From NCBI GenBank assembly GCA_001643675.2, contig LSRY02000061.1, positions 1-64,000 of the forward strand: DNA of 64,000 bases. Reading direction: 5' to 3'. Source of the DNA: Monocercomonoides exilis PA203 (Eukaryota > Protista > Preaxostyla). The position numbers and the translations under genes are program-made. The notes under the pieces were generated by a model. It had not been told where the DNA came from, searched no databases, and was given only the letters and a program-made list of their open reading frames with translations. Below, one piece after another: positions 12,501 through 22,770 of this stretch; the first letter of the stretch is position 1; each line of letters starts with the position of its first letter.

Positions 12501-15500
12501 GAACAGAAACATTCGCTCCTATGCTGTTCACGTACACCACACACCTTTCATTTCCCTGGAGCTCTCCTCCCACTGCAAACTTCATCTCCTTCACAATCGC
12601 TATTCGCCTCAGCTCAATCACTCCTCCCCTCCCTCTCCCATCTCCAACAACCTCCACAACAGTTTTCTCCTCCACCCCGCCAACAATGCACCCTGCATCC
12701 TCTCCCATTACAATGCTCTCCTCCAGCTTGAACGGTGAAAGCACCACAACCTGCCTCACTCCTCCTTCCTGCTGCCGATGCCTCACCCCATATCCCACTG
12801 TCCGGCATGGATACGCTCCAAACCCACACACATCCACATCCACACCACCACTTCCAACACTCACATTCCCCTCCCTCTCCATCAGATAATACACCAGCGG
12901 AATTACCACCAAAGGAGCCTCCACTTCCACCCCAGCTGCATCTTCTGCACCAAATGGTGCTTCTCCTGAAAAGAACTTGAATGATTCCCTCGTCACACTC
13001 ACCCCCAGATCCGGGGATATCACAAACACATTTCTCCCTGAAACGGCTCTGTTCTCTCTGAACACAACATTCTCCAGCACCATCGATGAGAATGCATTCT
13101 CCATCACCACTGCTATCCCCCCGCCTCTCCCATCCTCTGCCAGACACCCGCAAATCTCTGTTCCACTCCTCTCTTCCCCAAGCCTCATCCATCCTCCATC
13201 TCCTATCTCTATCCTCATCCCACCTCCATCTCCTCCCACGCTCGAACAGTTATTCACACTCACATTCTCCACACGAACCCCTTCCCCATCCCCAATCTTC
13301 ATGTTCACAACACTTCCTCCTCCTGATACCCTCTCAATCCAACCAAATGTCACATTCCCAAATGGCACCATTGTTGATGCTGAGTGCAGCTTATCAGCAA
13401 TTAGCACCGAAGACAGTTTGAATCTCTCAATCCGGCTGTTTCTCACCCAGAAACGCCCCAGATCAACCTCAAACATCGAGCACTCAAACTCGACTTGAGT
13501 TTGCGACTCAGGAGAATACACACACATATCATCCAACCCACACTCCCCCTCCGACGAGATCATCACCAGTATTCGCATCGAGGGCGACTGATGGTTGTGC
13601 AGGATGGTGAATGACTCCAACAAAAGTGAGCCCGTTGACACAGAAAACAGCAAAGGATCTGGAGATGCAATTCCAGAAGAGTGAAGAACAGTGCGGTTTC
13701 TGCCTGTTCCCTTGAGCAATATCTCTTTTTCCCCAATGTTTAGACTTTCCCTTTCAGAAATGTGATTCCCTTCCAATAATACAATTCCGTATGAACATTG
13801 TCTGTTGCTTTTCTCAACTGAGTGAAAAAGTGTCTTACATGGCAGCCTTTCCTCCAATCCACAAATATCTTCATTATCATTGCCTGTAACTCCAATGAAG
13901 CATGGGTTGATATGAATCCCATTTGGAATCCATTCATCAGGATAATTCCAGCTATTATTGTTGTAAGTGACTCGATACTGTTTTATATTTGTTGTGTATG
14001 ACTCAACAAATGGTGTCTGAAAAAGTCGTTTGGATAAAGGATCATAAAAATAAGCATCATGACCCTTATAATCATCAAGTTCAGCGGTTCTTGTGAAGCA
14101 TTCATGAAACATACAGAACCATATCAAACTTGGATTCTGATCATGAAACTCAAGTTGTTCCATTGTTATTGCTCCTCCAGCCTTTCCTCCAACACATCTC
14201 AAATAATTGCAGGATCTTACAGAGAAACCTTTTGGTGAATAATCAATTCGAAAGGCTCCACCCCACCCTCTTCCTGCATCATTACCGTCAAAAGTGCATT
14301 CCACTATTGCTCCAGAGGTTGAATCATTTCCCCTACTGATGTTGAACTTGTCAAAAAAGAATCCTGCTCCGTGTCCTTCACAAATGCATTTCAAGAAATG
14401 CAAAGAAAATAATCTCGAAAATGTTGACACAACAACAGCATAAATTGCACCTCCCCTTTCCTTTTCTATTTTGCATTCTGTGAAATTGCTTCTTTCAATT
14501 ACTAAACCTAAGATATTGCATGTAGAAATAGCTCCACCGAATGATTCGTTTCCTGTGCATTTGTCGAAAATACAATTCGAAATGTTCAGAGATGCTTGAG
14601 GCTGATCATACAAATATATTGCTGCTCCGTTTGTGGCATTGCAGCCGCTCCACTCGCAGCTCTCAAATGTGTGTGATCCATTTCCGAGCACTTGCCTTCC
14701 CATCTGTCTCCTTCCTTCATTTTCTGTGAATCTCAGACGATTGCACCTGATATATGAATTATTCACAGAAAGAAGCGAAGACAGAGGGCAATACATCGAA
14801 TCCACAACTCCCCCATAAATCGCATCCTCCACGGAAACAAATGAGCAGCTATCAATTTTTGTGAAACAATCATTCTCAGATCCTCTTGATGATTTTGCTG
14901 GTGAAGCTTTGGTGATGTTTGAGAAAGCACACTTGAATAACAAGATGCTCGATAAAGGCCCATTGCACAAAAATGGGGTTGGTGAAAGCAACACAGACGA
15001 AAATGTTGAGTGGCTCATTGACACAGCTCTGGTTCTGCCAACAGAAATATCGTTTGGCGAAAAGGCAAGAGAATGGAAGAGTGGCGTTTGCCCTTCAATA
15101 ATAAGCGATATATTCACAAAGCTTGCTGACCCAGCGTGCAGCTCGATCGGAGATCTCTTTGACTCGGCAACATGACAAATCTCGCAGTCTTCAAAAAATA
15201 AAACAGATTTTCCTCCAATTGAGACCATTGCCTCTTCTCCTGGAGAATTCAGCTGAATAGACAACAGAAGAAGTGTGGAATTCAGAAGAAGAAAATGGCT
15301 CTGAAAACAACCTATTGTGCAAAGTGAATATAAATTTCCATTTTGTTGCGAATTTCCCTTTTTTTGCTTTTCATTTCTTTGGCTCTGTCCTTTTGCCTCT
15401 TTGCTGTTGCCAAATCCATAAATCCATTCAGAAACGCTCGTGTGCATCTCTTTTGTCTCATCTCCTCCTTCCTTATATTTTGTGTGCAACTCACTCGCAA

Positions 15501-15681
15501 TTTCATTTCTGAGCAAACATGGCTGGTTCTTGGATCTCCTCACTTTTCCTTTTTCTGCTCTTGTTTCTGCTTTTTCATGTTTTATTCCCACAAACTGCTC
15601 CTGATCACCCGCTGCACTGCAACTCACAATCGAAATAATTAATAGGACAAACATCAATATTTTTTGTGGATGTGGGCCCAT
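6554..15681 (-). CDS. Giant type-I membrane protein A (~3040 aa if the frameshift is corrected): signal peptide, Pmp-like GGAI/FxxN beta-helix, 5 Cys-initiated modules, TM, TKL-like pseudokinase; 1-nt frameshift at 8436-8439
   Basis: Signal peptide MGPHPQKILMFVLLIISIVSCSA. Repeated GGAI/GGG..FxxN motifs. Modules start with V..G.D..CG....PC.T. TM is IWPIIVIIMAIILIIVLIGFILFVIRWKK. Kinase C-lobe motifs RWKAPE, VVFSIGMMLWE and GERP. ORFs 8332-15681 and 6554-8419 join if one G is added, as in paralog B. Confidence 0.85.
6915..11715 (-). repeat. ~4.8 kb near-identical block shared in inverted orientation with 42862-47667
   Basis: The translations and DNA align almost residue for residue from IPLCIYLLPTPEEVYVSN to CLRWKAPELL, with a few divergent patches. 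Confidence 0.93.
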
Positions 15682-18600
15682 TCTGCAAAGGGATAAAACG
15701 TCTTCTTTTCCCTCAGGAATCCTTTTTTCTCGTCCATATGGGAGTTTTTGATCTATTCAATGATTCTTTTTTTGAAAGAAACATGATCTCAAAATGGACT
15801 TCATGCCAAATAGCACAATAAATTGGGTATTCCATTTTTCACAAATGATCGCAGAGCGGACTGAAGAGATAAGCAGATCTCCCAATTCTTTGCATTATCA
15901 GTTTCTCATTTCAATAACACAGTTCAAAAAGAAACAAAAAAAAAGGTTGAAAAGAAACATATATGCAAGACTTTGTGGAACATAGCCTTGAATTCGCGCA
16001 CTTGCTGTTTTGGGTGGGGTTCTTCAACTGAAACGAACGAATTGAAAAGTTATCATAAAAACCAATTGGCATTTTGTTTTTCGCACACGTCTCTTTCAGT
16101 TGAAATACTGCATGACATCCGAAAATATGCGTTCATCAAATGTGGATAGAATTTCGGGAGATGATCCTGACGCAGTGAAATTATCGGAGGATGGAAGAAT
16201 AGCAGAATAAATGAAATATGCAAGAAAGAGTGACGCTTTTCGATGAGTCGATTCCTTTGCTTCTTCATGCAAAGAACAAAGCATTTATAAAATGCAACAT
16301 GAGGAAAATTCCAGTGTCTCTGCTTTTCTGAAGCAAAAACAAGAATTTTTGTTTTCAATATTTGGCCCTTAATTATTTCCTCAATCACATAAATATGAGT
16401 TTCTGAAGCTAACATACACTTGCAGATGTTCTAGTGTTTTGTGACAATTTCAAGCCATTCTTTCTATCAATGTCCTTGTTTCTGTATTTCTGGCACATCC
16501 CCTGCTTCAGCAGGAATTGTATTTCATACGATTTTTCATGTATCTGAATCTGCCAAGGAAACAAACACCGCTTTTGTAATGCTGTTTACATTGTGTATTT
16601 TGAGGTACTCGTGGAAGGATCTGCTTGTGGAAGTGGAAGTTATTGGAAAACAAAAGCCATTTTTGTTTGTTTGTTGTTCTGCACGAAAGAAAGGGGAATT
16701 CTGGAAATTGAGACTGGACAAAAATGAACAAGTTTGTATATGGAATATTTTCTGAAGAGTATCTTTTTTGATATATTTTTCTTTCTTTTTCTTTATTTTT
16801 GAATGAAAATCTGCTTTCAGAAATGAGCATTAAACATTGCATGTTTGATGTTCAACAAAAGAAGATATTCGTGAAAGCAATGTTTTCCAATTAAACGGAC
16901 AAATGTGAGCAAATTGAATATTTTTTAAAGGTCAATTCCATTCTTTGTGATATGAATCAGTTGCCGAAGACAAAAACAATTTGTTTCAATAACTGAAGGA
17001 AAATGCAGTTTGTCTGATTTATTTATTGATTTTCTATGAATAGGTTTGTGTCTTTGAATAGGAGAGCATTTTGCTATTGTGCGATTGCTTTGGAAGTAAT
17101 ATTTCAGTTCGATTGTCTTATTTCATATTCTGCAGCCAAGTGGTTTGACAGCAACTGAGTTTCTTCAACGGAAGATGCTTCAATCTTTTGATCGCCTTCA
17201 TCATCAAATACAGTTTCAATACATATACTGTTGGCGCTGATGGAGAAGAGCAGACAGATGGGCCAGTTAGTCTATCTTTAGATGGATGAACGGCTTCAAT
17301 GAGCTAATAGCAATTGGTGCTCAAAAAAATTAATCTGGACAAGGAAGCCATTTTGTTACAAACGGGAATGCAGTGAGATGCATGTTTTGAAAGGAAACCT
17401 TCCAAAGCAAAAAGGATGAAATTTATGTTCATGTTGAAGAGAAAGATTGCTCACATAGCTTGTCTCAGAGTTTTGGACATGCATATAACATGTGCAAAGA
17501 GGAAGGAATATCGATAAGCAAGACAGTGGCAAGGGCTCTGCCGTAATACATCAGGGGGTGCATCAGGAATGAACCGAAACGAATGTTTGAATGAACAAAG
17601 GATATTGAAGCATGAGATTATCATAATTCCGATTTCATCAACATTTATTCTTCCTAAGTTAATGAAAGATATTTATCTTATTTATTGTTACTATTCTACA
17701 GTCGTTGTCGATTACTTTTCTTCTTCAGTATCAGTATTTGTTGACTGCCTTGTTTCTTTTCGCTCCCTTTGGCGATTTCAGAACACTCAGATTTTTATTG
17801 GTTGATGAGAAGGAAAATATGATTGTCTGCGAACCTTCTTCAAACAGATTCCTGATATGGCGACTCTATCAGCATTATATTGAGCATTGAACATTATTAT
17901 TTAAAGTCATTTGAATGTGGAAAAGAGAGATGAAGAATTTATTTCTCCATCTACTTCCCTTCTGTGCCTCTTATCATGTTGTTTGCAGGTCTGTCTTTCT
18001 GTTTATCTGTTTTTCTTTTTCAATCAATCTTGGCATTGACCATTTCAGACAGACTTCAAAAAGCAGTAGAAAATGGAATACTTGCAGTTATGTGCGTCTG
18101 TGTTTCTTTCGACAAAGAAAGAGAACAATGAATAACGTGTTAACATTAAACTGGCTGGCTTCGTTCCTGTGGTGCATACGATTGAAAGTGTGGATATAAT
18201 TGCAATATCAAGCAAGATGAGCTGCATTCGGAGAAATTCATTCAGTCAAAAGCAAAAGAAGGATGAAGCAGGTTGAAACGAACAAGATTCTCAAAGCATG
18301 GCTGTTTTTGCTTTTAACAAAAAATAAATGAAGATGATGTCTCTGATGCAATACGTTGAGGGCGCCTGGTCAGAGCCAGGCATGTGTGCAGAAAGAGACG
18401 ATGGAAAGCATCTATTTATCTATCTGCTTGCAGATGCGTGCATCATTCACCGAATGAGATAAGAGATGTGCAAAGTGTCTGACACTTTTTCTTCAAATTC
18501 TTCAGCTGCATTTTCTGTTGGTTATCGATCAGCTGCTTTCCTTTTCTGCATTGTCTTTTAATGCAGAGTTAGAGAAAGAGAGAGATTGAGATTGAGGTTG

Positions 18601-18848
18601 AGATAGAAAGAAAGTCAAAAAGTCAGAAAGAGGAAGTGCATGAATGAATGAATTTTTGAAAGTGAGGAAGAAAGCTAAAGTTGAAAATGAAGAGAAAGAA
18701 GAAAAGAAAAAGATGATGATTGGGAAAGTTATTGTGATGATGGGAAAAGTATTGAAAAAGAAAGAAAGAAAAGAGAAAAAAAGAAAAAGAAGGATAGACG
18801 GGGAAGATGGGGAAGATTATAAAAGGGAAGTTTGAGGGAGTATGTGTG

Positions 18849-18965
18849 AGCTACGGCCATAGTTGGTCATACGCACCGGATCCCTTCAGACCTCCGAAGT
18901 TAAGCGGCCAACGCTGGGTTAGTACTTGGATGGGTGACCGCCTGGAAAAACCCAGTGCTGTAGCT
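18849..18965 (+). rRNA. 5S rRNA: 5S rRNA (solitary copy)
   Basis: Sequence agctacggccatag..gcaccggatccc..tccgaagttaagc..gttagtacttggatgggtgaccgcctggaaaaacccagtgctgtagct. Termini pair (AGCUAC/GUAGCU), box A- and box C-like internal promoter motifs are present, and a T-run follows. Confidence 0.95.
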
Positions 18966-18985
18966 TTTCTTTTTCTTCTTTTTCT
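18965..18985 (+). terminator. Pol III oligo-T terminator of 5S gene
   Basis: ttttctttttcttcttttt immediately after the 5S 3' end. Confidence 0.75.
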
Positions 18986-19391
18986 CCTTATTTATTTCTT
19001 GTTTGAAATAGTCTTTTTGAATTTATTTGGATAATAGATTATAATTTTTATTTCAGGAGGAAAAGTCTTCGAATGATTTTTGATTTTTTTTTGATTTATT
19101 GTTGATTTGTTTGAAAGTCTTAAGGCACTTGATGACTTTTGAGGTATGAATAAAATAGTCTGATTGAAAAATAAATATTTTTTTCCCTTGGTAAACATTA
19201 GATTTTAAAAGATAAAATAAAAAAAAAAAAAATCACTTGATTTTAAAGAAATAGTTTTGATTATATTTTCCCCCATATTTTGTTTGTTTCGTTATTTAAA
19301 GGGGAAATTTTTTTCTAATTGTAACGATTTTTGGTTGATACGTGTTTTTCATCATAAGATGAAAAAAATGTCTAAACTCCGAATTGTGGTA

Positions 19392-19797
19392 TAGTTAGTG
19401 TTAATAATGGTGGACACTTTCAATAACTGTGGACAGTGGCATTTTCTCAACAACTGTCAAAAGTTGCTTTTTGATAATTAGCCCAATAATTCCCTCAATG
19501 AATATGAACTTTTATGAATTGTTTCAATCACCCATCCAACACAATGAAATATAATAATTATTATTTTCAATTTTCGGAGAAACTTGACTTATCATATTTC
19601 TCCGAATTTCTCCGAAAATTAAAAATGTATTTTTCTTCATTCTTGGGAGCAAGTTGTTTCATTTCTGTATGTCTTATAAGTTTGTATTCAATGAGGGAAT
19701 AATTGTGTTAATTGTCAAAATACAACTATCAACAGTTGTTGAGAAAATGCCACTGTCCACAGTTATTGAAAGTTTCCACCATTATTAACACTAACTA
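19392..19797. mobile_element. ~406 bp non-autonomous foldback/MITE-like element 1 (degenerate palindrome, TA-flanked)
   Basis: tagttagtgttaataatggtggacactttcaataactgtggacagtggcattttctcaacaactgt (19392-19457) matches the reverse complement of 19732-19797 with one mismatch. Weaker symmetry continues inward to a central aattttcggagaaa..tttctccgaaaatt. No ORF. Confidence 0.85.
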
Positions 19798-20805
19798 GGG
19801 TCAACTTTTTAATGGGACTTTTTCCCTTATTGGCACTTTTTTTGTTTTTGACTGCCAACTTTCAACAAACGTTGATTGGCTTTCAGTACTTCAAAAAACC
19901 TTTTTTACAAGTTTAACACAATTTATTTACAGTTTGTTTTTTAATTTTTGCTTATTACACATTGAGAAATTACGTTTTTTTGTTAAATTTGAACGGACTT
20001 TTACCAGCCAACTAGGCAACGTCCAAGAAATTGGATACATGTTTTGAATAGCAAATACTATTATCTAACTACTTTTAAATTCTTTTTTTTCATAAACACT
20101 TTTTTCTTGTTTTTTTCACATTTCATTTTTTTAACAATATTCTAACATAAAACCGATTATTTCTTTGTTCATATAATGAAATGAAAAAAATAAAAATTTG
20201 ATATGAAAAACAAATAGTCTAATAATAAAGTGTTGGAAAAATGAAACATTAATTTTTTCTATTTGTCAAGAACTTAACTTTTTTACAAAAACTTGGTCAT
20301 CGATTATTTTAAGTTAGCGCCATTTGTCCGTTTCAGATAAATAGAAAAAATTAATGTTTCATTTTTCCAACACTTTATTATTAGACTATTTGTTTTTCAT
20401 ATCAAATTTTTATTTTTTTCATTTCATTATATGAACAAAGAAATAATCGGTTTTATGTTAGAATATTGTTAAAAAAATGAAATGTGAAAAAAACAAGAAA
20501 AAAGTGTTTATGAAAAAAAAGAATTTAAAAGTAGTTAGATAATAGTATTTGCTATTCAAAACATGTATCCAATTTCTTGGACGTTGCCTAGTTGGCTGGT
20601 AAAAGTCCGTTCAAATTTAACAAAAAAACGTAATTTCTCAATGTGTAATAAGCAAAAATTAAAAAACAAACTGTAAATAAATTGTGTTAAACTTGTAAAA
20701 AAGGTTTTTTGAAGTACTGAAAGCCAATCAACGTTTGTTGAAAGTTGGCAGTCAAAAACAAAAAAAGTGCCAATAAGGGAAAAAGTCCCATTAAAAAGTT
20801 GACCC
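19798..20805. mobile_element. 1008 bp foldback element 2: 467-bp inverted arms, 74-bp spacer, TA target-site duplication
   Basis: 19798-20264 is the reverse complement of 20339-20805, with no mismatch seen by eye. Ends are TA|GGGTCAAC...GTTGACCC|TA. Non-coding. Confidence 0.9.
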
Positions 20806-20984
20806 TATATTTTCACAGAACGTTCAAAAACCATTCAAATTAAATTATCTCTTCTATGATGAAAAAAAATGTCATTTCATGTTACAGAATGATTTCAGAA
20901 ACTGAAAAAATAACTTTTTATGAAAATTTCTTGACATTAAAATTTATCATAATTTAAAAAAAAATAATTGTCTTTTTTGCATAA

Positions 20985-21976
20985 ATGAACAAAATTTGAT
21001 CCTGAAAGATAGGCAATTTCATTGAGGAATCTCACAATTTAATGATGAGGAGAACGCATGGCATTGCTATTTCACTGTTCTGTGAGATAAGATTTCACCA
21101 ATATGCAGAATTCACAAAATTGAAAAAACGAGCAGAATGGGAATGGATACGCATATTGGATTTGTTCAAGATTAATAAAATTCAAAAGTTCCGTTCATAG
21201 AGGAAAAGTATTCGAAAATTTGAAAAACCTCATTGGAGTTACTCTTCTTGTGTTTCTATATCTCTTGTAAAAAAGACAAAATTGAAACTTTTTCATTGTT
21301 ATTGATTGTGAATAGAAAAACAATTTCAAATTGTGCTTGTTCTTTGAAATGCTGCTTCATTTGAAATTGGAGCAGAAACAAGGACAAAATTGGATGGAAG
21401 GTGAAGATTGTGGTGATATAAGAAAAAGTCAGGAGAAGGAAACGCCATTAATGAAGAAAGAAGAAGTTGATTTTGATTTTTGGAAGAGAAGAAATTTTAG
21501 AAGGTGGAGGAGCAAGTTATAGATTTATGATTCTCTTACCGTATAGAACTAAAGGCACACAAATATCAATAATTCTGGATCATATCAGAATTGGAACAAA
21601 GTAATATTCTGACGAATGGAAAATTTTCCGATGGATGAGAACGTTTGGTTATTCACGCGAAACAGTCTGCCGTAAGCAGGAATTCATCAATAAAGAGAAT
21701 AAGGCTTGTACAAACGCAATTGAAAAGTTATGAAAACAATAAAGGAAGATTTTTCCTCAGCTCGGAATGAGAATAAGATTTCTCACAGATTAGATTGAAA
21801 TGTTTTTGGCTAAAAGTTCTTTGAAGCTTCAGTTTGAAGATGTAATAAAAGAGTTGATTCTTCACGAACCTGATGAATTGATTGAAGAGGAAAATGATAT
21901 TATTGAAGAAATGGTTGAAGAAGAAATCCCAGATGCGGATGATATTCTTCCTGAAATTGAAGAAGATGAAGATTAG
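20985..21976 (+). pseudogene. Merlin / IS1595 (ISXO2-like DDE) transposase pseudogene
   Basis: Manual translation through stops gives SPICRIH..GYAYWICSR..SVHRGKVFE (Zn-ribbon-like N-terminus), then KIGWKVKIVVI*EK..RRKRH..LIFGREE..LPYRTKGTQISIILDHIRIGTK*YSDEWKIFRWMRTFGYSRETVCRKQEFINKENKACTNAIEKL*K. This matches the Merlin consensus KIGG.G..VEIDE..RK..WVFG..PdR...L..I...I..GT.I.SD.W..Y..L...GY.H.TV.H...F.....G..TN.IE..W. It ends in an acidic tail. Confidence 0.85.
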
Positions 21977-22130
21977 ATCCATCCGAGGCCTGAGATGGAA
22001 AGTTTCGCTGCAAATTTCTTTTCAGAATATATTTTGACATTGTTATCTTTAGTCTTTATTCATTTCTCATAGAAAAAATTTCGAGTCACTTTTCTTTTTT
22101 CATTTTTTTTTCCTTTTTCTTTTTCATTTT

Positions 22131-22197
22131 CATTTTCTTTTTCTTTTCTTTTCTTTTCTTTTCTTTTCTTTTCTTTTCTTTTCTTTTCTTTTCTTTT
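22131..22197. repeat. (TTTTC)n microsatellite
   Basis: About 11-12 tandem TTTTC units. Confidence 0.9.
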
Positions 22198-22770
22198 TTA
22201 GAAAAATTTATTTCTTAATAGAATGATTCACTTCACTCTGATCCTCTTTTTAACCGTTTTTTTCACAATGATAATCTCTTTTATCAATAAATAAAGCAAA
22301 TTCTGATGTACAAGCAATGAATCCATTTGCCTCAAAATCATGTTTTTTATCATTACACAAATTAACTCTCACTTCAAGCAATCAGATAGTTTTTTCTCTT
22401 TTAACTTAGTGAGCTGAAGAAAAAAATTATTCGAATTCGAAACAGTCACTTTTTTTAACAGATTTTATTTTATTAGAGTAGAATTCTCTTTTTGTTGTTT
22501 AATATATAAAATATACTCTTCAAATCGGCATTGCGTGAATTTTTTATTGATTCATAGGCTGAAAATTTTCAGCTACATCAATCTAATGATAAGCTTTTTC
22601 TTCTTTCATAGCACGATATATAAATTATTGTTCAAACAAATTTTTGAGGTTGACAAAATATTATTTAGTCCAATAAAACGTTGGAAGGATATTTTTTATT
22701 GCTTAATAAATGAAAAAAAATTCCACCCCCCATTGCGTATGTAATGCTTAACATCAGTCTCACCATTTCT

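Noticed and set aside
6379-15642. Many plus-strand ORFs (e.g. 7245-8444, 11702-12502), and their mirror minus-strand ORFs over gene B (e.g. 45558-47204)
   Set aside because: Antisense shadows of the giant receptor genes. Their similarity between loci simply reflects the shared DNA.
18807-19034. 75-aa ORF
   Set aside because: Overlaps the 5S rRNA gene; spurious.
19311-20890. Possible third, outer palindrome (tgtaac..ttttcatcata at left vs tatgatgaaaa..gttaca at right)
   Set aside because: Only short matches in very AT-rich sequence and no extension outward; cannot be distinguished from chance by eye.
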